A stretch of DNA of 63,394 bases, filler included, from Choristocarpus tenellus KU-1152 (GCA_964200185.2; 9 parts of 9 records of this genome joined end to end with filler, not necessarily neighbours in it), one strand, 5' to 3'. Positions 1-13,055 are shown, numbered from the whole stretch's first letter. A program made the numbers and translations. The notes: generated from the letters alone by a model not told the origin.

Positions 1-524
1 ATAATAAATGTTTTTTTTTTCTTTTTTTTGCACAAAAGCATCCTTGGTTTTCGCCCCCCCCCCCCCCCCCCCCCCCAGATACTTTGGGTGAAGAGGGCAT
101 CTATCAACACCACATGTTTTAGGTCCCAACTGAGACGGGTGATGCATCTGCCTCCTGAGCGCCCCAGAAGACCTCCACAATGGCACAAGGGGAATTCCAT
201 TGACAGTTAAATTCTTCTGAATGACGTAATGCCCCCATTCGAAAAATTGTTCCGAGAGACAAAAACAAACATAAATGTTCATACTTGTCAATAAATCCTG
301 ATAGTGTACTATGGGTATTTACGTCTGCATAGGAGAGGGGGGGCATACAATTGGCAAACCACTACAGTATTATTGCACTGATCATACCTAATGGCGCAAG
401 GGACGGACAAATAGCTAAAAAAAAGAAAAATAATATTCAGAAATTTATTGGCCAATAGTGTTGTAGTATCCTACTTGGGAGGGTCAGGCGCGTCCCAATC
501 GGGGCCTCTGTGAACCCGTAGAGA

Positions 525-642
525 TTAGGGTTAGGGTTACGGTTAGATTTTCATGTCATCTAAGAGACTTAGGGTTAGGGTTAGGGCTATTTCATTCATC
601 TAAACGTACCTTCCGGTTCCATCCCCCCTAACCCTAACCCTA
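525..642. repeat. Short TTAGGG tracts followed by an inverted CCCTAA tract
   Basis: TTAGGG x2-3 at 525-546 and 569-586, then CCCTAA x2-3 at about 626-642. Confidence 0.85.
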
Positions 643-1253
643 GATCAATTCTGAAGGGAGACCACTCACTATGAGGGCATCAAACTGGGGTGTCGTATGT
701 TATCCCATCAAGTCCCAAATGGACGACCTAGGCTGAACCCTCCCCACCCTCCAGCATACTATGGGCCAGTAGTAGAAATAACTAACAAGAAACGTTATAG
801 GTGTTTCACTATTGTAGTGCTGGTATTGTGTTTAAGAAAAGACAAACACGTAGAAAAATCTTCAGAACAATAATTGTCAGAATAAAAAAAGAAAGCTGAA
901 TTTCAATCCAAAGGTGACTTTCTATATCCAAAGGTTAAGGTTAGGGGCACAAGTGAAATAAAAATTGAAAAAATTGGATGAAGTAGTATACTTGAATAAG
1001 TCAAAATCAGAACAAAACACACACTGTACCATGCTCACCTCCTCAAAGTCCCCTCCCAAGACACTTCTTTCTTTGTAGAACTCTTGTTTAGTAAGTTTGT
1101 TTTGTAAGTTAGGATTAGGGTTAGCATTAGGGTTACTTTTTTTTATGCATAACATCACAAAATTATCATTGAAGTAAAGACAACATGTTAACACGCATGT
1201 ATCTATGCAAAACATGAAAATGTGAGCTTGGAGGGGACCCAGCAGGTACTCAC

Positions 1254-4200
1254 TGAGGTCCTCATCCAGTGGGGGCATCGCATACACTGCATCCCAGGTG
1301 TTGGTGCTGCTGGGGATGCAGAAGCCAAAGCTAAAGTCGTAGCTTTTTACCAGCTGTGCATGGCGCCATCATCCATTGTCACCATGCCAAGAATAGGGTT
1401 CAGATTGGATATGCTCCGTTGATCAGGACATGAGATTATATGGGTTAGGGCTTGGAGTACCGTTTTTTGTAAGTATTTATTGCTCATCATGCTACTAATA
1501 TCACATATTTTGTGTAGTGTGTTGGGATAGCAGACCATGATCTGCATTTTGGAATTATGACTCAGTCTAGAGACAGGTATCTGTTGGGGGGGAGGGGGGG
1601 TCGTTTTTTGTAGTTTGGACTGAATATCTGGATGGAGATTGCGAATTTGAGGTGTATATTCACAGTATTGCAGTACAAATAAGGCACATTACTACAATTA
1701 GGGTTAGGGTTAGGGTTAGGGTTAGGGTTAGGGTTAGTGGTATAGTTGACCTATGTGGGGGGAGGGAGTGTATGGTTGTCGCCCTCACACGACATACTAA
1801 CTTGAAAATAGTAAAATGTACCCTGGAGAATAATGAAACGGGCTATGATCTGCCTTGGTCAGGACACAATAATACATCACCCCAGGAGTATTAATCAAGC
1901 CCAAAAGCAACCCTTTGTTAATGATCAAAACTATGATGAGGTTCAGCAACATCCAGTCGAATCCTTCTGTTTCCAATGGTAGGATATAATAGGATATTGA
2001 TGGCTCATTTCTGGGAGATGAAGAGACACTGTCTGCTTCTCAACATGAGCTGTCTTACTCAAGAAGATACATCATCTGTTGAATAAAGCGTTGTTCAGAT
2101 AGGGGCACTAGAGTGCAGCAATGGGTGGCAAATCCTAACCCTAACCTGATGTGATATATTGGTTTCAAGGGATGGCATTTCCAGTATGCATTTGAAGGTG
2201 ATATATTGATGTTTGAAGTATTGCCATAGGTGATCACACATGGGTTGTTGTTACCATGTTCACAAAAAAAAACAATACTCTGACACATGGAACACATTGA
2301 ACAATTTATTAAAAATCAGCACATGAACAAGAAGAAATCAGGGTCCATCTCCATCAGTAGAGATCACGAGATAAGACAGGTCGGTTGATGAATTTAGGAG
2401 GTGAAAAAAAAAAGTTCTGAGTGAAAGTGTATCTTAGAGGGTACCAGTTTTGACCCCTTTCTTGTTTGTTTGGGACTTGACTTCTCATGGGGTTCTTAAG
2501 ACATGTCCCTACTCCGAAATGTTTCTGAGTAGGTAAAATGTATACGTTATGAAAAGGTGTGTCCGGAACATGGATATTGACACCTCCTGACAAACATGAT
2601 AGTCAAAATTACATCAAAATCGAAAAGTTGGATTCTTGCCTCCAAATGGACACAGCTCTACCCTTTAAGATACTTTGGCTCTTGTATGGTACTATCGACA
2701 CATTTCATTATTGGAACACCAATTCAGCACGTTTTATGGATCAATGTCTCTACGTATCAAAATTGTAATATACTCAGACAAAATTATCAAATTATTATTA
2801 TTGTAATGAATATATTATTATTATTATTATTATTATCATTTAGTATAAGAAAATGATATGATAGCTCTCCTCTAAGTACCCACTGAAGGCCTCAGGTTAT
2901 CACCTCGTCTCGGAAGTAGTGTCTCTCGATCATTCGAAAATTAGGCACCTCCATATCACCAACTGCAAACACAAGTGACGTCTGCCCGTGCGTGTCACAT
3001 GTGGATGGCAACACAGAAGAAACAGCCATGGCAAAGGAGGAGAAAAAAAAAACCTTAATATAACGTTAAAGATTCACTTGTACTTGCATGGTACTCCAGT
3101 ACAACATACATATTCTCGACCAAGAAGGCACCTCAGACCTTTCACATGTTCAGAATAGAACTGGTAGATGTGAAGCTAGAGCTGGGACCCTGTGATTGAG
3201 TATGCATCCTGATTTGACCTTAGCCCTTGGGAGTTCTTCATTCTTTTGGTATCCACAGAGACAGGGCTAGGTGTGGAAATGACAGGAGGGAGTCAAGGTG
3301 ATATGCAGTACCTCCTAGGACTGCCAAGAAGTATAGGATTGAGATTTTAGTTGGGCTTGATGCCGAGAATTTGGCATGGCTCGTGCAAGGGGCTGCGGAT
3401 ACGGATACATTGATGTGATTATATTTCACACAAAAAAAAAAATCTTTATTTTGAGGATCGCACCAAAAAAAAATTGTGTTGAACACATCAATATTACAGG
3501 TAATGAAAAACAAGGAAGAGCACTCCTCTATTTAGTCAACAAGCAACTGAAAGAGCCATAAGTTGTAGCAAGATGTAAGGAAGAGTAATGATAAGTAGCA
3601 AGAGACCAAGGGTGATGTGAAGGCAATGTCCTTTGCGGGTTGTGTATCCCAGTCAATGGAACAGTAAATGTCCAAACGTTTCCTCTTGTACTGCATGCAT
3701 GTTCACTTACACAGCTCTTTGTAATAGCACTCAGATGTCAATGCTCAGCAGCTTCAATATGAATCAGAGATGAACCCCATGCCATCACAGACAAGATAAG
3801 GAAGCCACAACGGCAGAGACCTTGGTGAGTCACCCAACAGAAGCTATCCCAGGCCTGTCCCAGACCTGAATTGAAGGCAGCCGAAGCACGTCCTCTGAGA
3901 ACTCATACTTGATTGATCTATAGGAGTTTTCATCCAAGCTGCTTAGGTCCAGTTCAACATCGATGGGTGGTGGGTTGTCTCTGCCAACCTGCAGAAGAGA
4001 TGGGAGCAAGGGTTGTTTGGAAATGTGACCATTGGGTGGTCGTGACATGGTACAGACATCATGTGTGATGAGGTGAGGAGATATCATTCATCAACAGGAA
4101 CAGCAATGTACAAAAGAGTTGCATCTCGTCTACAATCTGAGTGTGAGAAAGAAGGGAAAAAAAGTTTATGCTGAATACAAACATCGCTGTGGCACTTGTG

Positions 4201-5726
4201 TCACTATGGTAGCACTACAGAGCAGAACTGGCTCGCCTGCTTCTATGTTCACATATCTCATTCAGTGAGTCAGAGAAGCGAATGGATAGAGTAGAAAAGC
4301 AATCTGTTAGGTGAAGAGAACAACCAACTTGGTAGCTCTACAAGGCAAGTCAGCATTGCCATCTGTAACATACCGTAAAAATGATGTTCTTTGTCTCGTA
4401 GTCACTGATTGTAAACTCAAGGAACTCGATATGTTGCTTGTTGGCTGATAGCGGACATAGAAAGTCTGGACAGACAAGTGGGAAAAGTGCAAGGGTCGAT
4501 GGGTACAAGCTTTCCTTGATATGGGATATTTCCAGGTGCATATGGGGTGGGTGCATGTTTACCAAAATAAAAATTGGCATAGTGCGGAGGTAAGGGAATA
4601 TGGTACCTCAGGTATAGCAATTGAAGATACATAGATGGTGTCTCTTTGGTGTTGAGTTGCAAAATCTTGGATTCAAACCATATGAGACCTTCATTTCCGA
4701 TGCTCCATTAAGACGTTCCTCTCGCCAGTATCATAATGTAACAGGTCGTACGGTTTCGGTTTCAGCATTTTGTTTTAGTTTCGACGATTCTCATCCCTCC
4801 TGGACATCGACCTCTCAACGATTCTACTTTTCCTACCTAATTGCGTAGCTTTTCGGCACTTCTCTAACCAAAGGAAGCGTTGCTTGGATCTATGTGCTTG
4901 AGGAAAAGTTTCATATTGCTCGAATGAAGAACTTAGTTCAGATCTCTTCTCTATCTGGTCGTGGACACCACACAGCAAGGCAAGTAGGGTCTCAACTGTC
5001 GAAGTTGATCAGAGGAAACAAATCAATCTACTCTTGTGACATATAGTATTTACAGAACTTAAATGCCATCTTGGTAATGTAGTTATCGCATGTTTCAGTC
5101 CAAAATCTAACGAGACATGGACGAAAATATAGAATGTGCTGGTGCTCGGTAGACTACCAATCAATACCTTGAGGGTTGCAATGAACATGGTGTCGAATGT
5201 AAGGCAGTTGACCAATGCTTTCTGCCAGGTTTGAAATACAGACATCTTAACAATAAATGCATGGTGCGCCTCTCATGTTGCTGCCAGATAATCGCGCGTA
5301 AGCTATTTTTAGACTCGCAGGTACGATAGACATCAATTGGGGGCACTCTTCGTGGTGTTGTCGCCCTCATATTTTGAAATGTGTATTCTAATGGATTTGG
5401 GCTTGACACAGTACCGTTCTTCAGAGTTTTTCCCATTTTGCAGTCTGCCAATGCTCATTAATGGGACTCAAAGCATACCTTATTGGTGTACTCTACCCAC
5501 AAACCTTTTTTACCAAACTGTCTCAATCGCCTTTTGGTCTCTATCAAGGAGAGAGTATGGAGTAAAATCATATATGGACTTCCCAAGGGAACGCAATCCT
5601 GAGAATATATACGTGAGAACCACCTCATGAAAGTTCCATCTCACCATCGGTAGGGCGTTTGAAAACCCTGACATCGTCCGGGCAAACGCTCTTGAATACA
5701 CGTGGTGACCTTGGTGAAAGAGACAT
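1254..5726 (-). CDS. UNC119: UNC119 / GMP-PDE delta family myristoyl-cargo chaperone (5 exons seen; final exon lies outside the window)
   Basis: Exons 5726-5645, 4465-4374, 3988-3866, 2981-2904, 1353-1254, all GT-AG and phase-consistent. They give MSLSPRSPRVFKSVCPDDVRVFKRPTDDFLCPLSANKQHIEFLEFTISDYETKNIIFTVGRDN...YRSIKYEFSEDVLRLPSIQTSLVFAVGDMEVPNFRMIERHYFRDELVKSYDFSFGFCIPSSTNTWDAVYAMPPLDEDL. NFRMIERHYFR and KSxDFxFGFCIPxSxNT are UNC119 signatures. Confidence 0.95.
1698..1737 (+). repeat. Interstitial telomeric repeat (TTAGGG)6 in an UNC119 intron
   Basis: Six perfect TTAGGG units plus TTAG. Confidence 0.95.
2430..2681. mobile_element. MITE, subfamily B (about 250 bp; termini TATCTTAGAGGGTA...TACCCTTTAAGATACTTTGGCTC), in an UNC119 intron
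   Basis: Terminal inverted repeats, and a colinear highly similar second copy at 61956-62202 on another contig. Confidence 0.75.
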
Positions 5727-8700
5727 GTCAGCACGATCCAAGCCACAAGAGCTCGGAAGCACCACGCCCACGTCCACAGCTTGGCAGAGAAGCCAACTCT
5801 CACTTTCGCCCACCGTCCACCAGGTTATGTAAACGACAAGCCAAGCTTTCTACTACAACCTATCCGATATAAGCAATTTCCTCGAACCCAAGTTCAAGTC
5901 ACTCTGGTGGATTGTCCTCGTCCTTCGCTCCACTTACTACGTGCTATGTAACTGGATTCTGAACTGTTACACGGACTGGGTCCAGGGTAGGCGTTTCGTT
6001 CCCGCCTCCCTAACCCTAACAACCTGTACTACTTGCATATTACGTGATAAAGCAAACGATTTATGCGAACCTCAGCACGAACCTGGGTTGGAATGAAGCA
6101 GGTCTCTCCAGTAAATAGCAATTGATGTGTGAATAGATGAGGACTTCTGACTTGTGGGTGGTGAGAATGCGAAGCATAGAGGTCTATATGTTGGTGTCTT
6201 CCATCTGAGTTAATCAGGTGGCATGGCGAAGGGTGATGGGCTGGCCTGCGAATCGGAACCGTAGGAATTATAGAGAAGAATCTCCATCAAGCCCTTCCTT
6301 ACTGAACCTATCAGAAATGTTGGGAAACGGGTCAGCCGCAGGACTAGATTCTTGAAATATATTATTAATATATTGACCAAATATGTATTGCCCCTGCACA
6401 CCTACCTGTCAAAATAGTGTTTCGAAGTATCGGAAACCGAGTCAACAAAGGTGAACTGGGTCGTAGAAATAGTTTAAGGTCCCAACTGAAGAACTTCTCA
6501 AACATCTCTTTATTACACCACGCGGACAAGAAGATCGAACTGTTGGGATATGAACCTTTATAAAAATATCGGAACCATACCAACCCCCAGATTGGGCTAT
6601 TCACATTTCCCCCATCCTTTGTCACTCGTTTTACAAATATGTATGCATTCCGGAACACATGTATCACTACTACTACAAATTATAATAGTACATGTTTTCT
6701 GGAAGAACCCATCTCACATTCCAGCATGTTGCTTAATCTTCCACGCAAACATAGCTGAAATAATGGATTTGAGGAGATTTTGTCCCAACCATGTCTGGAG
6801 GAAAAGGATAAAACGTTTAGGTCAAGTTCGCTGCCTGGAGCTTCGTCTCCACTCTACCACCCATGCTATTAGCAAATTTGTTTTGGGTCAGTCCTTAGCA
6901 AGTCTTGCTCCTTAGGATTAGAAATTGGCTTGCCCACACCATATCTTATCCATTGCAACCTTTGGCTAGCTCAGGGATGCTGTGTGCGACTCTTTGAGTT
7001 GGTGTTATCTATCCTCTACAAGCGCAGCTATTCCTAACGATTGGGTTAGTGGTTCTCAATACGCCTAGGATAGTCGATCCTTGTCTTGGGTACCAGGGTC
7101 TTTACAGACTACTTGGATTGGGTGGGAAACCACCACACCAACTGTCAGCTACGTTAGTCTGAATCATAGACAGGTTACCGAGTTTCCAGTCTCTCGTATA
7201 CATCCAACCAGAGAACTGAGCCACCAGACCAAGGTTCTCAGTGGGAAACTTTCTGTTGAGGGAGGCACAGAGGGTGTTGCGGTTATCAGGCGAAGCCAGA
7301 ACCATCATGCCATCCACATGTACTGCATTCATGACCTCTTAAATATCATTCTTTCTAACCCAATATTACAGGGATTCAACCAGACGCTGCTCAAAATCAC
7401 TATGCTGAATAGCTGATTTCACCTTGGTATTCGAAGTCTTTCAGACTAGCTCAAGTTCATACATTCTAGGGCTGGTGTAAGTGCACGGCCATGTTAAGAC
7501 AGCTCCCCACTCCCCTGTCGGAGGTGTACATACACCTGATTCAGGTCAGATTTGACGAAAACCTGCTCTACTTGTAGATACTTAATTTTCGGATCCAAAC
7601 AGCGTGCCAGACTAACCACTCAGCCTAACTGACGAGGGAGAAACTGTTGGAACAACAGAGGTGTCAAATTTATCAGTACCATATAATTGTAGCCAATATC
7701 TTCGAATTTATATTGTCGAGCCTTGGCACCACCGAAAATTCCACGGTGAACACTCTCCGAACTGGGCACAGTCTCCTTCAGCTGTGCTGATGTACCGCAC
7801 GGTGGCAAGGCAATCGACTCTGAAATGGGTATTCAACAAACCCCCTAAACTCCTTTGGCATTTTCTCCTATCATACTGGTGAGCGTATCTGCTTCTGGGG
7901 TTTCATGACAAGACTGTGGGGCTGGGTTTTCAACTTTAGTCCTGCAAGTAGTATGTAGTACTGAAGTATACGTGTAAGGACTTAGCATAGGCAAAAGCAT
8001 CAGACAATACTTTGAGCCATATTCGTGAGGTAACATGCAATGGAGTACTGATGATGTTCTCTCCAGGATAAACTGGGCGTATGGATGTTGTATAATGCAT
8101 CGGGTCAGTTCAGGCAGTTGCGAAATAAGCTCTGAAGAGAGATACTATCAGTTGGAGAACAATTTTGAGATGAGTTTTTTGTTGTTAAACAATAGTTCAA
8201 TTCGAGAAAAAGCGTGAATGGGGCACATTTTTGGTTAAATGTTGTCAGCTTTACACATACACATTTAGGTTGTGGGGGAAAACATATATTCATGAGTGAC
8301 TACTATAGCATGTTCACATCTACAATTCTTCATAAGAGCAGCTGTTCTTCAAAATCGCGCACAGAGCTCGATCAAGACCTACCACTGACACTGAGGAATA
8401 TGAATTGTGAGGGACCAGGATGCAGAAATTCTCCAGTGCTTTTCATCATGCCAGGCAGTTAGCATTCCACTATCGGTCATATGGCCACGACCCGGTCCAT
8501 GGCCTGGTCATGTTGAAAGGGTCGATGGAGATGGACTCGATTAGGTTCGAACTTGGCTGTACATGGCACCCTAGCAGTCCAGGTCATGTCGAGGTAGCGA
8601 TGGCCTTGGGCTCAGGTATTTTTAAACTTGGTTGTATGCGGCAGCAGGTGGCATTGGTCATGTTGAGCAAGGGATGACCATGGACTTGGTCATGTTAGAG

Positions 8701-9453
8701 TATTTAACTATGACCAGTCAGGTAATAATACTCAATTTACCACTTGGCCGGGTCAAGTCATGGCCATGCCTTCCTAATTCACTCTACTTGAATCTTGTAT
8801 CCTATGCTACTAATTTAGTACTATAAATAAAATAAATAATCTGCATTCTGTATCAGTTTCTATATGTTGCTACAATAATATTTTAACTATTAAAATTCTA
8901 AATTTACTACAATACATGTAGGGTACCAAAGCTGATATCTGTGATCCATGTGTGGGAACTTAGCCTTCAATAACTTGAGCACATTTTTTCTGTTCGCATA
9001 AAAAGATAAAACAAATTGACAGAATTGTAGACTACAAAGTGGTCAGCCAGACATGCCAAAAAGGAACTGAACTGGTTGGCAACCATGGTCTGGACATGCA
9101 AGGGGAAAGGTTTGACTGGCTGGCTGGTGGACATGGACCAGTACAACTCACTGAACATGGTCCGGACATGTCAGAGAATGTTTGACCCACTCCGGGTGGT
9201 GGACATGGGACTGGTCTGGCAGGCCAGCGGACATGTACTGGTTTGATGTCTAGTGGACATGGAATGGGAAATGTAAAAAAAAATGTGGGGCCTGTGGATG
9301 AGACCTTTTTCGATTTGCTGATCCTGGTGAAAAACCCTGGAATTCTCCAGTCAGTGCGTTCTACTGGCAGGCCTTGGTAGTCGAACCAAGATAGGATGAC
9401 AGAAACACAATACCAACGTAACATTGATCTACAGCAAAACGAAAATCATGCGT

Positions 9454-9626
9454 GGCTCAAAGTATCTGGGGGGGGGGGTGGCGGCTGTCTATTTGGGGTC
9501 ATTTTTTTCATATCACAATGTTTGTGTGATTTGGTTGCATACGTCGGATGGATGATGTAAATGCACTTTTCCTGATTTTGACCCAAATGGACAGCCTGGT
9601 GTAGTCCCTCCCGCCACACCCCCCCC
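9454..9626. mobile_element. MITE, subfamily A (CAAAGTATCT-polyG ... CAAATGGACA..GGTGTAG-polyC-AGATACTTTGG), cut by the contig end
   Basis: Body is similar to 43771-43918. Matching termini at about 55-90, 9727-9762, 26139-26160, 26261-26283, 31630-31682, 43588-43622 and 54490-54527. Confidence 0.7.
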
Positions 9627-9726
9627 NNNNNNNNNNNNNNNNNNNNNNNNNNNNNNNNNNNNNNNNNNNNTTAATTAATTAANNNNNNNNNNNNNNNNNN
9701 NNNNNNNNNNNNNNNNNNNNNNNNNN
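9627..9726. other. Artificial contig spacer N44-TTAATTAATTAA-N44
   Basis: Six-frame stop linker. Identical spacers at 19211-19310, 26161-26260, 31530-31629, 43623-43722, 48729-48828, 51717-51816 and 54528-54627. Confidence 0.99.
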
Positions 9727-11299
9727 GTGTAGACCCCCCCCCCCCCACAGGTACTTTGGGTCAGGGAGAGTTCTTAGACTGAAGTGTGACGAGTTTTCAT
9801 GGTTCAATGATTGCATTGACTCGATACGAGCCTTTCCAAACTAATTGTGCAGCAAATCAAGCTGAAGATTGGATGCACGCTTCTTATGTCATCAATCATT
9901 ATTTCCATTCTGTGTAACATACTTTGGTTGAAAAATGGGCGGTATGGGAGGCCAAGAAATCCATGCCAAAGCCTCCCCAGTCCATGTCCTGTTCAGAAAC
10001 ACTCTAATACATCCCTAATGATATCCTCCATCCATTAGGATAGACATTGGTATAGTCGTTTCACACACACCCTAGTCTACATACACCCTACTAGGATGCC
10101 ATGGTCAAAAAATTAAATTCCAGATTCTACACAGTCTGGAAACCCAACTTAACAATTGATCTTCCTCCACTTCTGCTGAACACCCCCTTATGACCCCGAA
10201 AGGAATTGTCCAATTACAAAAAAAAATATTACATACAAAACTTTCTGCACCAAATGTGTAAGACACAAAAGTCTCCCCGAAAACAGCACATCAAGCTTGA
10301 CATGAAAATGGAGTGGGCATCAATGCCCAAGCATCCCCAAGCCATGCACGCCCCTTTGACTGGCATTCAAACAGGTATCAATAGGTATACTACAGCTTTG
10401 AGGATACACAGTGCTGGATATGCACGCTACCTCCCAATGTACGTCATAGACCATATCAGGTTCCACCTCATAGGAATACGTTCTAAAGTAAATCTTATGT
10501 GAGTATTCCTTCCACACTCAGAGGACTTCAGCAATTCGCAATCCTCACTGCAACCATCCTTAAATGCAGCTATACATTGATTGGTACATAGGATGACAAC
10601 TCATCAACAGTCACCATTTATAACAGTAAATGTAGTCAAGGCAAATGCGGAGGCAAGCTTCGTGCCTGGCCCAGATGTCCCAACACCACACTCCTTGTCC
10701 CTTCTCTCCCTTGAAGACCCATCCACCAACCTCATCAAGGTCCTCACCTGCCTGCTGCTGAGCCTTCTGGAAGAAGATCTAATATTACTTTACTTCCTTA
10801 TTCCTCCAAATCTGAAATATAATATAGGGTCATGGACCCTTATTCCTCCAAACCTGAATATTCTTGGATATGATATTGGGTCATGGATCTTTCTGCAAAA
10901 TCTTCTTGCATAGTCACTCTACCCATTTCAAGTGATTTAAACCGATCTTAAGGGTCTGCCAACAACTCTTCAGACCCTGGTGTGAACCTTCAAACTCTTG
11001 GTGACCGTGAAGCCGACGAGGTTTTCCACAGCCCCCTCAACCTCCAAAGCCAGCCCATAACTTCAACATCTCCATACTTCTCGAGTCAGAACTTTTGAAA
11101 GGGGACGAGTACCTACTTATGGAAGTAATCTACATACATGACAACCCCTATTTGATCTGGTTCCGATAAGGAACGTTTAACCTCCAATAACACAATCAAA
11201 ATATGTTCAATGTGCATAAAATATAGATTAAGTTTCAGAAGTTACCACTAATCTCCATTTTCACAAAGTAATGTGTGTTACTAGGCGTTACGCATGTTT

Positions 11300-12750
11300 T
11301 ATTGGTTTGGGGTAAACTACTATGTTTAAGACCGCATGGGTTGTCATGTGGAAGTAGATCACTGCATCCAAACCTGTTCCTTGAAACTCGTCCCGTATCA
11401 AACGTTCTAAGGCCAGAAATGTGCAAATATCTAAAATAATTAGCATGAATGTTGATATTGAGGTGGCCATGGAAACGCTTGCAGCTTGCAACATTACGAA
11501 GGCCTCAAAGGGTCTTGGGCTCAAATCTGGGTTGGAAGACTTATGACACACCTCCAAGCTCGGTTCCAAGTTCTGGACATGCACAGTGAACTTCACTGTA
11601 GATGGTGTGAACATCCCCAAAGGAGGTTATAGAGAGATTCGTGGCCCAAGTTCAAGCCCAAGAATCTTCAGATCCAGAGGAAGGAGAGTCGATATGGTAC
11701 ATCAAATTTATCTTGGGGGCGACCAACACCAACTTGAGAAATGGTAGGTATCCTAAATGTGTCTCTGACATGCTCCACACGTTGCATGCTCTGCTTGCCA
11801 TGATGGTCGTCAAGAGGGTGGACGACAGTCAGACTGTTGGATAATAGAGGATAACCCAGAGTTGATGTTGGTTCCTGTGTTTTCAGATGTTTCTTGTCTT
11901 CCTCTTCCTTCAGATCTTGTCTATGTATTTACCTTGACTCCTAACACACAGGAGGATGTAGAGGGGTGCTGATGAACCAGTATGGGAGACCAGAAGTGAA
12001 GGGCTTCACTGAAATTTGGAACTGTAATCAAGGTTCTTTCTCTGTTTCAACCATCATGAGAGCTGACTACTGATAGGTTGGTATCGTCTTGGAAGGGATT
12101 AGATCGGAATGTAGAGGAATCTACCATTATTGCCTATTACGTAGGGAGGGTTAGCATGTTGCATATTCATTTCTAACATGGCAGAAGACTGGAGATCATG
12201 ATCGCCACTTGGCAGCTTTTTTGTGCCAGGATAGGATTGCATCTAAGACTGGTACAGGATAGGACATCTAAGGTGGTTCGAGCAGAGGTGGGAACAGTAG
12301 GAGGGACTGGTGAAGTCTTGTGAGTGTTGGAGGAACCCTCACATTAGTTTTGATGGGGTGGAAACTGTCCATGATTGTGTTGTACACTCTAAAAGTTTGT
12401 CTATGTCAAAGTATTGTGCAGTCTGATAGGTGTAAGATGTCTTCTGTTATCTGTTTGAGTGTGTTGAGGGGCATAGGTTGGAAATGCTTAAACATTGATT
12501 TTCACTCAGTTTCCTCCCAAAATTAATGTTCTCTTTTGGGGGGCGATTTTCATATCTGACGACACACTTGGTGGTGCAACAGTGGCAGCGTATGGGAAAC
12601 CATCTTCTTTATTCAAGGCTGGTTTTGGTCATGGAGGGATTGAGCATAAAATATTGCACCCTGAAGTTAGGTTTCAAAACTGTTTTGAGTGTGGGATTTG
12701 AAGTTTTGGTAGTGACGTCGTTGTGAGGTGAGGACCAGTAGTGAAGACAT
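11300..12750 (-). mobile_element. Degenerate Copia-like pol remnant
   Basis: Fragments SLYNLLWG and PDLSPRPFEAFVML resemble PYELxxG and KLxPRAxxGxxxGY after Copia integrase. Many stops, boundaries approximate. Confidence 0.3.
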
Positions 12751-13032
12751 GATGTAAACTATACCAATATCCATTCTAGCGCCTAGAGGAAGGAAGTCAT
12801 TTGGAATGTATTTGAAGCTACTCTACAATACGATAACGTTTTCTCTCCAGTAGTAAGTGAGAGCATGTTTGTGTGAAAAGTTTTTTGGGGGGGTTGTTGT
12901 TCACTTGCTGTCTATTTGGAGGCACTGCAAATGAGCGCTTCCAAGATATTATTCTTAGGTGCTGATCTAGGTTCATGCTTGTGCCTGTAATAAATGTAAC
13001 GATCTTGGTATCTAGATGGATATTTAGAGGCC

Positions 13033-13055
13033 TAGGGTTAGGGTTAGGGTTAGGA
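13033..13055 (+). repeat. Interstitial telomeric repeat (TTAGGG), about 3-4 units
   Basis: TAGGGTTAGGGTTAGGGTTAGG. Confidence 0.85.

Noticed and set aside
1698-1737. Chromosome end / true telomere
   Set aside because: Only six units, inside an intron with unique sequence on both sides.
1652-1894. ORF with RVRVRV, and NPNPNP ORFs at 922-1287 and 12818-13108
   Set aside because: Translations of TTAGGG/CCCTAA tracts in non-coding DNA.
9454-9762. Joining MITE halves across the spacer (also 26139-26283) to infer contig adjacency
   Set aside because: The element is multi-copy and the overlapping parts differ in sequence, so the halves may come from different loci.
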